From Rhizobium sp. Q54 (GTDB taxonomy: Bacteria; Pseudomonadota; Alphaproteobacteria; UBA2966; CAIVPW01), in contig CAMEYM010000001.1 in NCBI GenBank assembly GCA_945947575.1, positions 94,582 to 158,581 of the forward strand: a DNA stretch of 64,000 nucleotides, read 5' to 3'. Numbering within the stretch: position 1 is the first letter of the stretch; each line of letters starts with the position of its first letter. This document shows positions 31,536 through 42,150 of this stretch, piece by piece. Made by a program: the position numbers and the translations under genes. The notes under the pieces are model-generated. The model saw only the letters and a program-made list of their open reading frames with translations. It was not told where the DNA came from and did not search any database.

Positions 31536-32285
31536 ATGGCGCCAGCACGTCGACAACTCGCAACGCAGGCATTTCTTCTGTGCACGTTCTTGGCGGGTGG
31601 CGCCCTCGGCCAAGCCGCGCCGCCGGCGCAGTCCCCTGCGAACGCCGGCTGGGTCGGCGAGATCGCCGCGGGCGGCGCCGTGGCCACCGGCAACACGTCG
31701 CGCCGCGCCTTCGACCTCGATCTGCGCGCCGTCAAGCGCGAGGGCGGCGTCGAGAATCGCTACCGCTTCGTCGGCGACGTGGCCTGGCAATCCGGCGTCA
31801 CGACGTCGCAGCGCGTGCAGGCCAGCGCCCAGACCAACGTCGATATTCGTGACCGCATGTACGGCTTCGCGACCGCCGCGCTCGACGACAACCGCTTCTC
31901 CGGCTACCGCTACGAGATCAACGCGAGTCTTGGTTTGGGCTACCGCCTGATTGACACCGGCCGCACCCTGCTGTCGATGGAAGCCGGCCCGGGCTATCGC
32001 ATTGCCAAGGTACGCACCACCGGCGAGGAGCAGAACGCCGTCTTCGCGCGCTTCTACTCCGTCTTCCGCCACGAGATCTCGGACACCGCAAGGCTGACCA
32101 ACGACCTGCTGGTCACCTTCGATCACATCACCACGCGTATCGACGACACCGTGGCGGTGACGAGCAAGCTGGTTGGCAACCTATCCGGCCGCGTCTCGTT
32201 CAACGTGCGCCATGACACCGAGCCCCGGCCCGGCGTCAAGAAGACCGACACGCTGACCAAGCTCTCGCTGGTGTACGGCTTCTAA
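31536..32285 (+). CDS. DUF481 (YdiY-like) outer-membrane beta-barrel protein
   Basis: 249 aa from MAPARRQLATQAFLLCTFLAGGALGQA (signal peptide, SD gggagg). C-terminal aromatic residue (…LSLVYGF) typical of OMPs. Confidence 0.8.
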   Translation: MAPARRQLATQAFLLCTFLAGGALGQAAPPAQSPANAGWVGEIAAGGAVATGNTSRRAFDLDLRAVKREGGVENRYRFVGDVAWQSGVTTSQRVQASAQTNVDIRDRMYGFATAALDDNRFSGYRYEINASLGLGYRLIDTGRTLLSMEAGPGYRIAKVRTTGEEQNAVFARFYSVFRHEISDTARLTNDLLVTFDHITTRIDDTVAVTSKLVGNLSGRVSFNVRHDTEPRPGVKKTDTLTKLSLVYGF

Positions 32286-32926
32286 GCTTGCGGCGCCGGC
32301 GCGGCCGCGACGGTGCGTAGAGCCTGTTGAAACGTTTCCACAGGCTGCGCGCCCTGTAAGGCATAGCGCCCGCCGAATACGAACGTCGGCACGGCGCGTA
32401 CGCCGAGCTCTTGCGCCGCCACGATCTGGCTCTCGACCTCGCCGAGACCTTCGTCGCCGGCTAGGAGCTCGCGGATGCGCGCGCCGATCATTCCGGCGGC
32501 CGCGCCGACCTCGGCGAGGACCGCCGAGTCGGCAACGTTGGCGCCCTCGGCGAAGTGCGTACGGAACAAGCGCCGCATCAGGTCCACCTGCACCTCCGCG
32601 CCGTGTTCGGCCAGTGCCAGCTGCAGCACGCGGTGGGCGGGCAGGGTGTTCACCACGATCTGGGTCTTGGGCTCGAAGGCCAGGCCCTCCCCGTGCGCCG
32701 TCACCGCCACCGAGCGCAGCGCGGCCCCGGCGCGCGGGCCGAACTTGCGCTGCAGGTACTCGATCACCGGCATCGGCGCCACCGCCGTCGGGTCCAGTTG
32801 GAACGGCCGCATGATGATCTGCGTCGTGATCTCGGGCATTGCCTCGATCGCCTGATGCAGCCGGTGCTCGCCGATGTAGCACCACGGGCAGATGATGTCG
32901 GAGTAGACGTCGATGTGAAGCATCAC
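32282..32926 (-). CDS. DsbA-family oxidoreductase (FrnE / 2-hydroxychromene-2-carboxylate isomerase-like)
   Basis: 214 aa with IDVYSDIICPWCYIG (CPWC active site). Confidence 0.8.
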   Translation of the reverse strand: MMLHIDVYSDIICPWCYIGEHRLHQAIEAMPEITTQIIMRPFQLDPTAVAPMPVIEYLQRKFGPRAGAALRSVAVTAHGEGLAFEPKTQIVVNTLPAHRVLQLALAEHGAEVQVDLMRRLFRTHFAEGANVADSAVLAEVGAAAGMIGARIRELLAGDEGLGEVESQIVAAQELGVRAVPTFVFGGRYALQGAQPVETFQQALRTVAAAPAPQA

Positions 32927-33672
32927 ATGCCTTGACGGACGAACAGGCCGACGGTCAAAGCCAGGCCGATGGCAACCACGACGATGCGCAACGCGCGCTC
33001 GTTCACTCTATATAAGGCCCAGCTACCGGCGAGTCCGCCGGCGACCGCTCCGGCTGCCGTGACCGCGACGCGGGCCCACGGCAGCTCGCCCCAGGCGAAG
33101 GCCAGGAAGATGACGACCGCCGAAGCATTCATCACCGCGGCGAGCAGGTTCTTGGTGGCGCCGGCCGTTCGCACCGCCACGCCCGCCAGGGTCAGTGCTG
33201 CCAGCATCAGGAACCCGATACCGCCACCGAAGTAGCCACCGTACACGGCGATGGCGAACTGTGTGACGCCGGCCGGCATCGGTCCAAGCACGGCCGCCGC
33301 CGTCGCCCTGCGGAAGAAGCTGCCCCACGCGAACACCGCCGTCGCGAACAGCACCAGCCACGGCACCAAGGCCTCGAAGAAGTCGCTCGGCGTCCACAGC
33401 AGCAGCAGGCCGCCGACGGCGCCGCCGAGCAGGCTGACAACGACCAGCGCGCGCAGTGTCAGGGGCCCGGCGCCGCCGGCCAGAGGAAGCGCCGCCCAAC
33501 CGCTGGCGACCTGACCGGGAAACATCCCCAGGGTCGAAACGATATTGGCCGTCCGCGCGTCGAGCCCGCTGAGCATCAGCGCTGGCAGCGTCAGGAACGT
33601 CCCGCCGCCCGCGAGCGCGTTCTGTGCGCCAGCCCACAGCGCGGCGAAGAATAGGAGCAGCATCATGAGCAT
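32923..33672 (-). CDS. TauE/SafE family sulfite exporter-like membrane protein
   Basis: 249 aa, 7-8 TM. GGGTFLTLPALM and GGYFGGGIGFLMLAAL motifs. Confidence 0.85.
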   Translation of the reverse strand: MLMMLLLFFAALWAGAQNALAGGGTFLTLPALMLSGLDARTANIVSTLGMFPGQVASGWAALPLAGGAGPLTLRALVVVSLLGGAVGGLLLLWTPSDFFEALVPWLVLFATAVFAWGSFFRRATAAAVLGPMPAGVTQFAIAVYGGYFGGGIGFLMLAALTLAGVAVRTAGATKNLLAAVMNASAVVIFLAFAWGELPWARVAVTAAGAVAGGLAGSWALYRVNERALRIVVVAIGLALTVGLFVRQGM

Positions 33673-33756
33673 CCTGCGGATGGTCTATGGCCAAGCTCTG
33701 CCCACGTCCATGGCCAAGCGCGGTGGTACACTCGGGCCGATCGTTCGGGAGCGCCG

Positions 33757-34605
33757 ATGCGCCTTCTCTCCGCCCTCGTCGTCGTGGCGACCCTGTTGGG
33801 GGCCTCCGTATCCGCCCCCGCGCAGGACGCCGCCGTCGACCTCGAGCTGGTGCTGGCCGTGGACGTGTCGGGCAGCGTCGATAGCTTCGAGGCGCGCCTG
33901 CAGCGCCAGGGCTACATCGACGCGCTCACCGACCCGCGCTTCCTGCAGGCCGTGCGCAACGGCCGCCACGGCCGTATCGCCGTCACGTACCTCGAGTGGG
34001 GCGGCTGGGGCCTGTTTCGCCATGTAGTCGACTGGCGCGTCATCAGCGACGAAGCGAGCGCGCGGGCATTCGTTGGCTCTCTCGGCCGCATCGACCCGTC
34101 GTTCCGCGGCACCTCGATCAGTGGCGCCATCGGCCTGTCGCTACAGTTGTTCGCGCTCAACCCGCACCGCGGCGACCGCAAGGTCATCGACATTTCCGGT
34201 GACGGTCCCAACAACGACGGCCTGTCGGTGGTCTACTACCGCGACCTCGCCGTCTCGCGCGGCATCACCATCAACGGTCTGCCGATCCTCGCGGACGCGG
34301 GCAACGTCGTGCCCGACCTCGACGTCTACTACGAGGAGTGCGTCATCGGCGGCGCCGGCGCCTTCGTCATCGCCGCCCAGAATTTCGAGTCGTTCGCCGA
34401 AGCGGTCTTGCGCAAGCTGATCCTCGAGATTGCCGATGCGCGACCCTCCGCGCCCACGGTCGTGAAAGCGCAGTTCCTGCAGCCTGGACGTCCCGGCGGT
34501 GGGGCGGCCGGCGCGCCGCAGGCCAAGGCGCCGCGGTATTTCCCGTACTGCGACATCCCCAACAACGGACGCCGGATGATCTTCCCGGCCGCGAACGACC
34601 TCTAG
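33757..34605 (+). CDS. DUF1194 (vWA-like) secreted protein
   Basis: 282 aa with signal peptide. LELVLAVDVSGSVD MIDAS-like motif and overall DUF1194 architecture. Confidence 0.8.
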   Translation: MRLLSALVVVATLLGASVSAPAQDAAVDLELVLAVDVSGSVDSFEARLQRQGYIDALTDPRFLQAVRNGRHGRIAVTYLEWGGWGLFRHVVDWRVISDEASARAFVGSLGRIDPSFRGTSISGAIGLSLQLFALNPHRGDRKVIDISGDGPNNDGLSVVYYRDLAVSRGITINGLPILADAGNVVPDLDVYYEECVIGGAGAFVIAAQNFESFAEAVLRKLILEIADARPSAPTVVKAQFLQPGRPGGGAAGAPQAKAPRYFPYCDIPNNGRRMIFPAANDL

Positions 34606-34616
34606 CGGCGGCGCCC

Positions 34617-35588
34617 GTGTCCGACGTTCCGGCAGACCTGCCCATCTACGCCGACGTCGAGCGCGCCGCCGAGCGCCTGCATGGCGTTGCGCATCGTACG
34701 CCAGTGCTGACATCGCGCACCGCCAATGAGCGGACCGGGGCAACGTTGTTCTTCAAGTGCGAGAACCTGCAGCGCGCCGGCGCCTTCAAGTTCCGCGGCG
34801 CCTACAATGCCGTCGCCGCCCTCGACGACGAGCAGCGCGCGCGCGGGGTGCTGAGCTTTTCCTCGGGCAACCACGCTCAGGCACTCGCGCTTGCCTGCAT
34901 GTTGATGCGCACGCGTGTCGCCATCGTCATGCCCAAGGACGCCCCCGCTGCCAAGGTGGAGGCGACGCGCGGGTATGGCGGCGAGATCGTCTTCTATGAC
35001 CGCTACACCCAAGACCGCGAAACAATCGCCCGCGACCTAGCGGAACAGGATGGGATGGCCCTCATCCCGCCCTTCGACCACCGCGACGTGATCGCGGGCC
35101 AGGGCACCGCCGCGCGCGAGCTGCTGGAGGACGTCGGCACGCTCGACGTCCTGGTGACACCCCTCGGCGGCGGCGGATTGCTGTCGGGGACGACGCTGGC
35201 AGCGCGTCGTCTCGCGCCCTACTGCCGCCTGGTAGGCGTCGAGCCCGAGGCCGGGGACGACGCCCGCCAGTCGCTGCGCAAGGGTGAGATCGTCACCATT
35301 GCGCCACCGCGTTCCATCGCCGATGGCGCCATCACCACCCACCTCGGCACGTTGCCGTTCGCCATCCTGCGCGCCGCTGAGGTTGAGGTCGTTACCGCTT
35401 CGGACGCTCAGCTTGTTGCGGCGACGCGCTTCTTCGCCGAACGCATGAAGCTGGTGGTGGAGCCGACCGGGTGCCTTGGTTTGGCGGCGGTGCTGAACGG
35501 GGCCGTGGACGTGCGCGGCAAGCGCGTCGGCGTCATGCTCAGTGGCGGCAACGTCGACGTCGCCGCACTGGCGAAGTATCTGGGCTAA
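34617..35588 (+). CDS. PLP-dependent threonine/serine dehydratase family protein (GTG start)
   Basis: 323 aa with the PLP-lysine motif LFFKCENLQRAGAFKFRGAYNA and SFSSGNHAQALALA. Confidence 0.8.
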   Translation: MSDVPADLPIYADVERAAERLHGVAHRTPVLTSRTANERTGATLFFKCENLQRAGAFKFRGAYNAVAALDDEQRARGVLSFSSGNHAQALALACMLMRTRVAIVMPKDAPAAKVEATRGYGGEIVFYDRYTQDRETIARDLAEQDGMALIPPFDHRDVIAGQGTAARELLEDVGTLDVLVTPLGGGGLLSGTTLAARRLAPYCRLVGVEPEAGDDARQSLRKGEIVTIAPPRSIADGAITTHLGTLPFAILRAAEVEVVTASDAQLVAATRFFAERMKLVVEPTGCLGLAAVLNGAVDVRGKRVGVMLSGGNVDVAALAKYLG

Positions 35589-37459
35589 TTTGCCGCTGTC
35601 TCGGCCTGCTCCAGGGCCAGGCTCGCATCCATCCAGCGCTCCTCGGCGGCGGCCACCTGGCGTGACAACGCGCCGTGACTCTTCATGAGCTCGCCGCGCT
35701 TCGGTCCTTGCGCCTTGGGGTCGTTGAGGGCGCTCTCTATCTCCATCCGCTGCCGCGTCAGCTTGGCCAGCTCCGCCTCCGCTGCCTTCACCGCTTGGCG
35801 CAGCGTCTTGGTGCGCTCGCGCAGGTCGGCAGCGGCGCGCCGCTCGTCTTTGCGCGTACCGCGCGGCGCGGCTTTGGCGGCATCCTCTTCCTCATCGTCC
35901 GGTTGCGACAGGATCAGCGTCCGGTAGTCGGCGAGGCTGCCGGCGTACTCCTTCACCGTGCCGTCCGCGACCAGCATCAGCCGGTCGGCGACTAGCTGCA
36001 GCAGATGGCGGTCGTGGCTCACTACCAGCACGGCTCCCGCGTACTCGTTGAGCGCCGCCACCAGCGCGTCGCGTGCCTCGACGTCCAAGTGGTTGGTCGG
36101 CTCGTCCAGGATGATCATGTGCGGCGCGTCGCGCGTGATCAGCGCCAGGGCGAGTCGCGCCCGCTCGCCGCCGGACAGGTGCCGCACGGCAACGTCCGCC
36201 TTCTCTCCCGAGAATCCGAAGCGCCCCAAGTGCGCGCGCACCACCACAGGCAGCGCGCCAGGCAACGCCCGCGCCATGTGTTGCACGGGTGTGTCCGCGT
36301 GCACCAGCTCGTCCACCTGGTATTGGGAGAAGTAGCCGACCTTGAGCTTGGTGCTGCCGTTGGCCGCCCCGGCCATCGCCGGGAGTTCACCGCACAGCAG
36401 CCGCGCCAGCGTGGTCTTGCCGTTGCCGTTGCGGCCCAGCAGCGCAATGCGATCGTCGGGGTCGATGCGCAGGTTGATACGCGTCAGCACTGGCGTGCCG
36501 TCATAACCGACCGCGGCGTTCTCGACGGTCAGCAGTGGCGGCCGCAGCGCATCGGGGCTCGGGAAGGCGAACTCGACTTCTTGTTCCTCGACCGCTGAGG
36601 CGATCGGCTGCAATCGGGCAAGGGCCTTGAGGCGGCTCTGCGCCTGCGCCGCGCTGTGCGCCTTGTAGCGCCAGCGGTCGACGAACGCCTGCAGCCGCTT
36701 GCGCTTGTCGTCCTGGCGCGCGCGCTGCGCCTCGCTCTCCGCGGCGCGTTCGCTGCGCTGGCGCGCGAACTCGTCGTAGGCGCCCGCGTACAGGGTCAGC
36801 TTGCCGCCCTCCAGGTGCAGGATGTGATCGACGACGTTGTTCAGCAGGTCACGCTCGTGGCTGACGAGAACGAGCGTGCCGCGATACTTGGCAAGGTACG
36901 CCTCGAGCCACAGCGTCGCCTCGAGGTCGAGGTGATTCGATGGCTCGTCTAGTAGCAGCAGGTCCGGCTCGGCGAACAGCACCGACGCCAGCGCCACGCG
37001 CGTGCGCCAGCCGCCCGACAGCGAATCGAGCGGTCGCTGCTGCATCGCCGCGTCGAATCCCACGCCGGCGAGCACGCGCGCCGCGCGCGCCGGGGCGGCA
37101 AAGGCACCGATGGTGGCGAGGCGCTCGTGCAGCTCGCCAATGTCCTCGCCGTCACGCGCGGCCTCGACTGCAGCCAGCAGCCGCGTGCGCTCGGTATCGG
37201 CCGCGAGAACGGTTTCGAAGGGGGTCGCGCTGCCGGACGGCGCGTCCTGGGCGACGTAGCCCAGACGTGACTGGCGCGGCACCTCGATGGCGCCGGCGTC
37301 CGCCTGCAGCGTCCCGGCAATCACCTTGAGCAGCGTCGACTTGCCTGAGCCGTTGCGACCGACCAAGCCGATGCGCGCCCGCGCCGGTACGGCCGCAGTG
37401 GCATGGTCGAGCACCAGGTGCCCGCCCAGGCGCACGGTCACGTCCCGCATCGTCAGCAT
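35585..37459 (-). CDS. ABC-F family ATPase (tandem NBDs, C-terminal coiled coil; Uup/YheS-like)
   Basis: 625 aa from MLTMRDV, with two Walker A (GRNGSGKST, GRNGNGKTT), two LSGG signatures and a KR-rich linker. The annotated ORF start at 38146 is a frame extension. Confidence 0.9.
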   Translation of the reverse strand: MLTMRDVTVRLGGHLVLDHATAAVPARARIGLVGRNGSGKSTLLKVIAGTLQADAGAIEVPRQSRLGYVAQDAPSGSATPFETVLAADTERTRLLAAVEAARDGEDIGELHERLATIGAFAAPARAARVLAGVGFDAAMQQRPLDSLSGGWRTRVALASVLFAEPDLLLLDEPSNHLDLEATLWLEAYLAKYRGTLVLVSHERDLLNNVVDHILHLEGGKLTLYAGAYDEFARQRSERAAESEAQRARQDDKRKRLQAFVDRWRYKAHSAAQAQSRLKALARLQPIASAVEEQEVEFAFPSPDALRPPLLTVENAAVGYDGTPVLTRINLRIDPDDRIALLGRNGNGKTTLARLLCGELPAMAGAANGSTKLKVGYFSQYQVDELVHADTPVQHMARALPGALPVVVRAHLGRFGFSGEKADVAVRHLSGGERARLALALITRDAPHMIILDEPTNHLDVEARDALVAALNEYAGAVLVVSHDRHLLQLVADRLMLVADGTVKEYAGSLADYRTLILSQPDDEEEDAAKAAPRGTRKDERRAAADLRERTKTLRQAVKAAEAELAKLTRQRMEIESALNDPKAQGPKRGELMKSHGALSRQVAAAEERWMDASLALEQAETAAN

Positions 37460-37534
37460 GGATTTCCCCTCATGAGCGGCCGCATCATGGGCAAGGGTCG
37501 GTGGGCATTCAACGGCCCAGGGAGAGCGAGCCGG

Positions 37535-38038
37535 ATGGATCGGGAAACGTTGCGGGCGCTGCAGGCGCCCCTCAAGCAGAAGTATCGCGACGCGCCGGAG
37601 AGCGGGCGCGTCGAGGCACAGGCCGTCGCACACCTCGACGCCGCGGGTTCCTGTACCGTTCCGACGTGGGCAGGAGATGCCAAGGCAGGGCTGCATCCCG
37701 CCACCGGCGGTGATGGCAGCATGGCGTGCGCTGCCGACATGATGATGGAGGCTTTGGCCGCATGCGCCGGGGTCACCCTCACCAGCGTCGCCGCCGCTAT
37801 GGGCGTGACCCTGCGCAAGGCATCCGTGCGCGCCGAGGGGACGTGGGATGCGCGCGGCACGCTCGGCGTCGCACGCGAGGTGCCGGTCGGCCTGACCTCG
37901 GTTCGGCTGTTGTTCGACCTCGATACCGATGCCGACGAGGCGAAGCGGCAACGCCTGGTCGAGCTGACGGAACGCTATTGCGTGGTGCTGCAGACCTTCA
38001 AGCAGCCGCCCCAAACAACCGCGGCGCTGGCCTCCTAG
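37535..38038 (+). CDS. OsmC family peroxiredoxin-like protein
   Basis: 167 aa from MDRETLRALQ. Conserved Cys pair (ACAADMMMEALAACAG). Confidence 0.8.
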   Translation: MDRETLRALQAPLKQKYRDAPESGRVEAQAVAHLDAAGSCTVPTWAGDAKAGLHPATGGDGSMACAADMMMEALAACAGVTLTSVAAAMGVTLRKASVRAEGTWDARGTLGVAREVPVGLTSVRLLFDLDTDADEAKRQRLVELTERYCVVLQTFKQPPQTTAALAS

Positions 38039-38081
38039 AAAAGTCCTAGGAAACCAGCGCCGCGTTGGGCCTCCGACAAGC

Positions 38082-39452
38082 TTACTGCTGCTCGCGCAGG
38101 GAACGGCGGAAGACGCCGGAAATCGGCTCGAGCAGGTAGTCGGCAAGGGTGTGCGCCGCCGTCACCACGATCACTTCCGCCGGCATGCCCGGATTGATCT
38201 TGGTCTCGGCCAGCACGGCAGACGGCAGCAGCTCGACGCGCGCGAGGTAGTAGGCGGCGCCCGAGCGTTCGTCGACCAGGCGGTCGGCGGATACGTTGAT
38301 GACGCGCCCCATGAGCGGGAGTGCGTGGCGCTGGTTGAACGCGGTCAGCCGCACCTGGGCCTCCAGGCCCGCCTGCACGATGTCTGCGTCATGCGGCTCG
38401 ACCCGCGCCTCGACGATGAGGCGGTCCTCGGTCGGCACCAGGTCGAGGATCGGATTGCCGGGGCCAATGACTCCGCCCGGCGAATGGAAGCGCAGGTTGA
38501 CGACCGTTCCCGCCGTATGGGCGCGCACCACGGACCGCTGGCTGATGTCCTCCGCAGCGCGCAGGCGCTCGCCCAGATCGAACAGGGTCGCCTGTACGTC
38601 GCCGAGCTGCGCGACGGCATCGTTGACGAACGTCGTCTTCAGCTCGCCTATCTGCAGCTGCGCCTCGGCGATGCTCTGGTTGGCGCGGGCGATCGACGCC
38701 CTCGCCTGGCTGCGGCGTCCTTCGAGGGAAGCCTGCTCGCGTTGCAGCTCCAACAGTCGCGCGCGCGGCGACAGGCCTTTTGCCTGCAGCGACTCCTCGG
38801 TCTGGATCTGCTCTCTCAGCAGCGCGATCTGGCGATCTTGGGCGGCGATTTCGCCTTCAACGCCGACGATCTCCGCCTTCAGCTGTTGGACGCGCTGGTT
38901 GAGGATGGCGGACTGTCCCCTCAGGGACTGGTCCATGTTGGTGAAGATGTCGGTCTGCGCGCGGATCAGCTCGCCCACGTCCGGCTCGCCGCGGCGTGCC
39001 AGCAACTCCGCGGGGAACAGGATCGTGCCCTTCGCATCCCGCTGCGCTTCGAGGCGCGCCTGCATGGCGATGCCGACGTCCCGGCGCTTGCGCACCAGAT
39101 CGAGCGAGGCGCCTGCCTGGGTGTCGTCCAGACGCATCAGCACTTGCCCCGCTTCGACCTTGTCGCCGTCGCGCACCAGGATCTCGCGGATGATGCCGCC
39201 CTCGAGGTGCTGCACGGTCTTGCGTGTCGACTCGACGCCGACCACGCCTTGGGCGATGACGGCGCTTTGCAGCGGGGCCAACGCGGCCCACCCGCCGAAG
39301 CCGAAGAAGAAGACGGCGATGGCAGCAAGGCCCGCGAACTTGGCCCCACCGACGCTCGGCCGCGCGGGCGTCGGCGTCACGGCTGGCCGCTGCGCGACGT
39401 TGATCGACGATGGCAGGTGAACGTCCGGGTTCATCAAGGTCATGTCAGGCAT
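38082..39452 (-). CDS. HlyD-family type I secretion periplasmic adaptor (membrane fusion protein)
   Basis: 456 aa. N-terminal TM anchor, long coiled coil and C-terminal beta domain, collinear with PrtE/HlyD. Confidence 0.85.
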   Translation of the reverse strand: MPDMTLMNPDVHLPSSINVAQRPAVTPTPARPSVGGAKFAGLAAIAVFFFGFGGWAALAPLQSAVIAQGVVGVESTRKTVQHLEGGIIREILVRDGDKVEAGQVLMRLDDTQAGASLDLVRKRRDVGIAMQARLEAQRDAKGTILFPAELLARRGEPDVGELIRAQTDIFTNMDQSLRGQSAILNQRVQQLKAEIVGVEGEIAAQDRQIALLREQIQTEESLQAKGLSPRARLLELQREQASLEGRRSQARASIARANQSIAEAQLQIGELKTTFVNDAVAQLGDVQATLFDLGERLRAAEDISQRSVVRAHTAGTVVNLRFHSPGGVIGPGNPILDLVPTEDRLIVEARVEPHDADIVQAGLEAQVRLTAFNQRHALPLMGRVINVSADRLVDERSGAAYYLARVELLPSAVLAETKINPGMPAEVIVVTAAHTLADYLLEPISGVFRRSLREQQ

Positions 39453-40317
39453 TCCCCGCCTTGGCTAAGAGGTCTGGGCGCACGGTCTCGGAGCCGATCG
39501 CGGCGGCGCGCGGCAGGATCTCGTCGCGCGGGCCTATGACGCGGATCTGTCCGTCCTTCAGCACCAGAATGCGATCGACGTGGCGCAGGATGTTCGGACG
39601 GTGTGCGATGACAATCGACGTGATCTTGCGCTCGCGCAGGCGCTCGATGACGCCGAGCAGCGCGTCCTCGCCCGCGGCGTCGAGGCTGGCATTGGGCTCG
39701 TCGAGCACGACCAGGCGCGGATCGCCGTAGAGCGCGCGGGCTAACGCGATGCGCTGGCGCTCGCCGCCGGACAGGTTGATACCGCCGCCGGCGATCTCCG
39801 TCTCGTAGCCGTTGGGCAGGCGCAGGATTAGCTCGTGCACGCCGGCCAGCTGCGCCGCGGCAATTACCGCGGAGGGGTCGCCCGGGCCCATGCGCGCGAT
39901 GTTCTCGCGCACCGTGCCGGAGAACAGCTCGACGTCTTGCGGCAGGTAGCCGACGTACTGGCCGCGATCGTCCGGATTCCACATCGCTACGTCGGCGTCG
40001 TCGAGACGCACGTGGCCGACGTTGGCGCGTAGGTTGCCGATGATGAGGCGCGCCAGTGTCGTTTTGCCGGAGCCGGACGGCCCGATCAGGCCCAGCGCCG
40101 TGCCGGGCTCGAGCTCGAAGGTGATGCCGCGTAGCAGCGGCTCGCCGGAGCCCGGGTGGGCGTACAGCACGCCCTCGGCCGAAAGGGTCCCGCGCGGGCG
40201 CGGCAGCGGCACCATCTCGGTGCGTGGCGGCGCCGCCTGCAGCTGCTCACCGAGACGCTTATATGCGCTCCACGCGTGCGCAACCGTGCGCGCGCCAGGT
40301 ATGGCTCTCGCCACCAC
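39445..40317 (-). pseudogene. Type I secretion ABC transporter, C-terminal ATPase half only (transmembrane domain missing)
   Basis: The 290-aa frame begins inside the TMD/NBD linker (AHAWSAYKRLGEQLQAAPPRTEMVPLPRPRG) and carries Walker A GPSGSGKT, LSGGERQR and Walker B. An in-frame stop lies 21 nt upstream, and the upstream DNA is fully occupied by a GT2 gene. Confidence 0.6.
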
Positions 40318-41206
40318 CCCTGCGGCGCACCGCCTGCACTACGCGCAGCCCCGCATAGCGGCTCAGCGGCCAACCCAGCAGCAACGTCGCCCCGGCGGCC
40401 GAACCCAGCCGTGACCAGTGGCGCTGCATGTAGGTGCGGCGACCCTTCAAGAGGCGCACCAGACGATCGGCGCGCACTGGCTGCGTCGCGCCGACGAAGT
40501 GAACGATCTGCACGTCCGCCGACACCACCGGCCGCGCGCCCAGCCGGTACGCGCGCAGGCAAAGGTCGACTTCCTCCGAATACATGAAGTAGATCGGATC
40601 GAACCCGCCCAGGGTGTCCCACAGCTGCTTTCGGATCATCAGCAGGCAGCCGCTCACCACCTCGACGTCGCGCACGCCGTCCAGCGGCTCGCCGCCGTAG
40701 ATCTCGCGGTTGAACACGCGGCTGTTGGCGAACACCCGCGACAGCCCGGAGACGAAGCAGAAAGTGCTCCACAGGGTGGGGAAGCGCCAGCACGAGCCCG
40801 GGATCACCGCTCCCTCCATCGTCACCGTGCGGCCGCCCCAGATGCCGGCATTGGGCCGCGCGTCGGCAAGCTCGACCAGCTTGTCGATGGCGCCGGGCCG
40901 CACCAGGGTGTCTGGGTTGAGCAGCAGGATGAACTCGCCGTTCGCCCCAGCCGCGCCGGCGTTGCATCCGCGCCCGAAGCCGATGTTGGTGTCGAGGCCG
41001 ATGACCTGGACGGCGGGGAACGCCGCGCGGACCGAATCGACCGTGCCATCGGTGGAGGCATTGTCCACGACGATGACCTCGAACGAGGTGCGCGGCGCGG
41101 TGGCGTACAGCGAGGCAAGGGAGTCCAGCACCAGCTGGCGGCAGTGATAGCTGACGATGATGACGGATACGCGCACCGTCGCCGCTTTCGGATGGATGGT
41201 CGTCAT
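40259..41206 (-). CDS. Glycosyltransferase family 2
   Basis: 315 aa from MTTIHPKAATVRVSVIIVSYH. DNASTDGT and a DxD-type catalytic region. Confidence 0.8.
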   Translation of the reverse strand: MTTIHPKAATVRVSVIIVSYHCRQLVLDSLASLYATAPRTSFEVIVVDNASTDGTVDSVRAAFPAVQVIGLDTNIGFGRGCNAGAAGANGEFILLLNPDTLVRPGAIDKLVELADARPNAGIWGGRTVTMEGAVIPGSCWRFPTLWSTFCFVSGLSRVFANSRVFNREIYGGEPLDGVRDVEVVSGCLLMIRKQLWDTLGGFDPIYFMYSEEVDLCLRAYRLGARPVVSADVQIVHFVGATQPVRADRLVRLLKGRRTYMQRHWSRLGSAAGATLLLGWPLSRYAGLRVVQAVRRRGGGESHTWRAHGCARVERI

Positions 41207-42150
41207 AGGGCGGCCGGCCGGTTCCAGGAATGCACGCCGGCGGTCATCGAAGGCTTCGCGGCGACGCGCAGCATGACGCCGGCGCGGTACAGCCGGATGG
41301 CGAACAGAACGCCGAAGGCGCGCACGCGCGGGCCGATGCCCCACACGCGCGGCGACGTGACGATGCGGCGCACGTCGAGTACGGACGACGCTGCCACGGC
41401 AACGGCGCGGGCTACCCACGCAAAGATGCTGCGGCCGTCGCCGCGCCACTCCTCGAAATCGTGCAGGATGTGGCGATCCCACTTGAGTTTGAGCTCGGCA
41501 AGGGTATGCCGCGCCGGAGTGAACGCCACCATCTCCGGCACGTAGGTAATGCGGTAGCCGTTGGCGCGCGCCTGGCGGCCCCACATGCGGTCCTCGGCCA
41601 GTCCGATGCCCGGGAAGCCGCCGATCTTCTTGAAGTCGGCGCGGCGCACGGCGAGGTTGCCGGTGCCGGTGAAGCCGTGGCGCTCGATGTATTCCTTTTG
41701 CCGGTAGGCGAAGACGCTCTCGTACGCTTCCAGCATGGTGAGGTGGTCCGGATTGCGATAGGCGATACGCACGTCGCCGCCGAGCACGCGCGCCGCGTCC
41801 TGGCGCGCCAGGCGCCTGCCAATGGTCAACAGCCAGCTGCGCTCGGCGATCTCGTCGGCGTCGATGAAAGCCAGCACCTCGCCCAGCGCCACCGCGGCGC
41901 CGCGGTTGCGGGCCGGCCCTGGTCCGGGCGTCGCCTCGTGCTCGAGACGCACGCCGCCGAACTCCGCGATGATCGGCGCCGGCGACTGGCTCGAGCCGTT
42001 ATCGACGACAATCACCTCATAGGAGTCGCGCGGGTAGGCCTGCCCCGCCAGCGATGCCAGGCAGTGGCGCAGCGTCTCCGGCTGGTTGAGGTGGGCGATG
42101 ATGACGCTGATGAATGGCAGCGTCACGGCGTTGAGCTCACGTGGTTGCAT
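41203..42150 (-). CDS. Glycosyltransferase family 2
   Basis: 315 aa. ISVIIAHLNQPETL...VIVVDNGS and FIDADE (DxD). Confidence 0.8.
   Translation of the reverse strand: MQPRELNAVTLPFISVIIAHLNQPETLRHCLASLAGQAYPRDSYEVIVVDNGSSQSPAPIIAEFGGVRLEHEATPGPGPARNRGAAVALGEVLAFIDADEIAERSWLLTIGRRLARQDAARVLGGDVRIAYRNPDHLTMLEAYESVFAYRQKEYIERHGFTGTGNLAVRRADFKKIGGFPGIGLAEDRMWGRQARANGYRITYVPEMVAFTPARHTLAELKLKWDRHILHDFEEWRGDGRSIFAWVARAVAVAASSVLDVRRIVTSPRVWGIGPRVRAFGVLFAIRLYRAGVMLRVAAKPSMTAGVHSWNRPAAL

Noticed and set aside
40086-40967. 293-aa minus-strand ORF that might have encoded the missing transmembrane domain of the T1SS ABC transporter
   Set aside because: It is Arg-rich and non-hydrophobic, and the same DNA encodes a well-formed GT2 glycosyltransferase in another frame.
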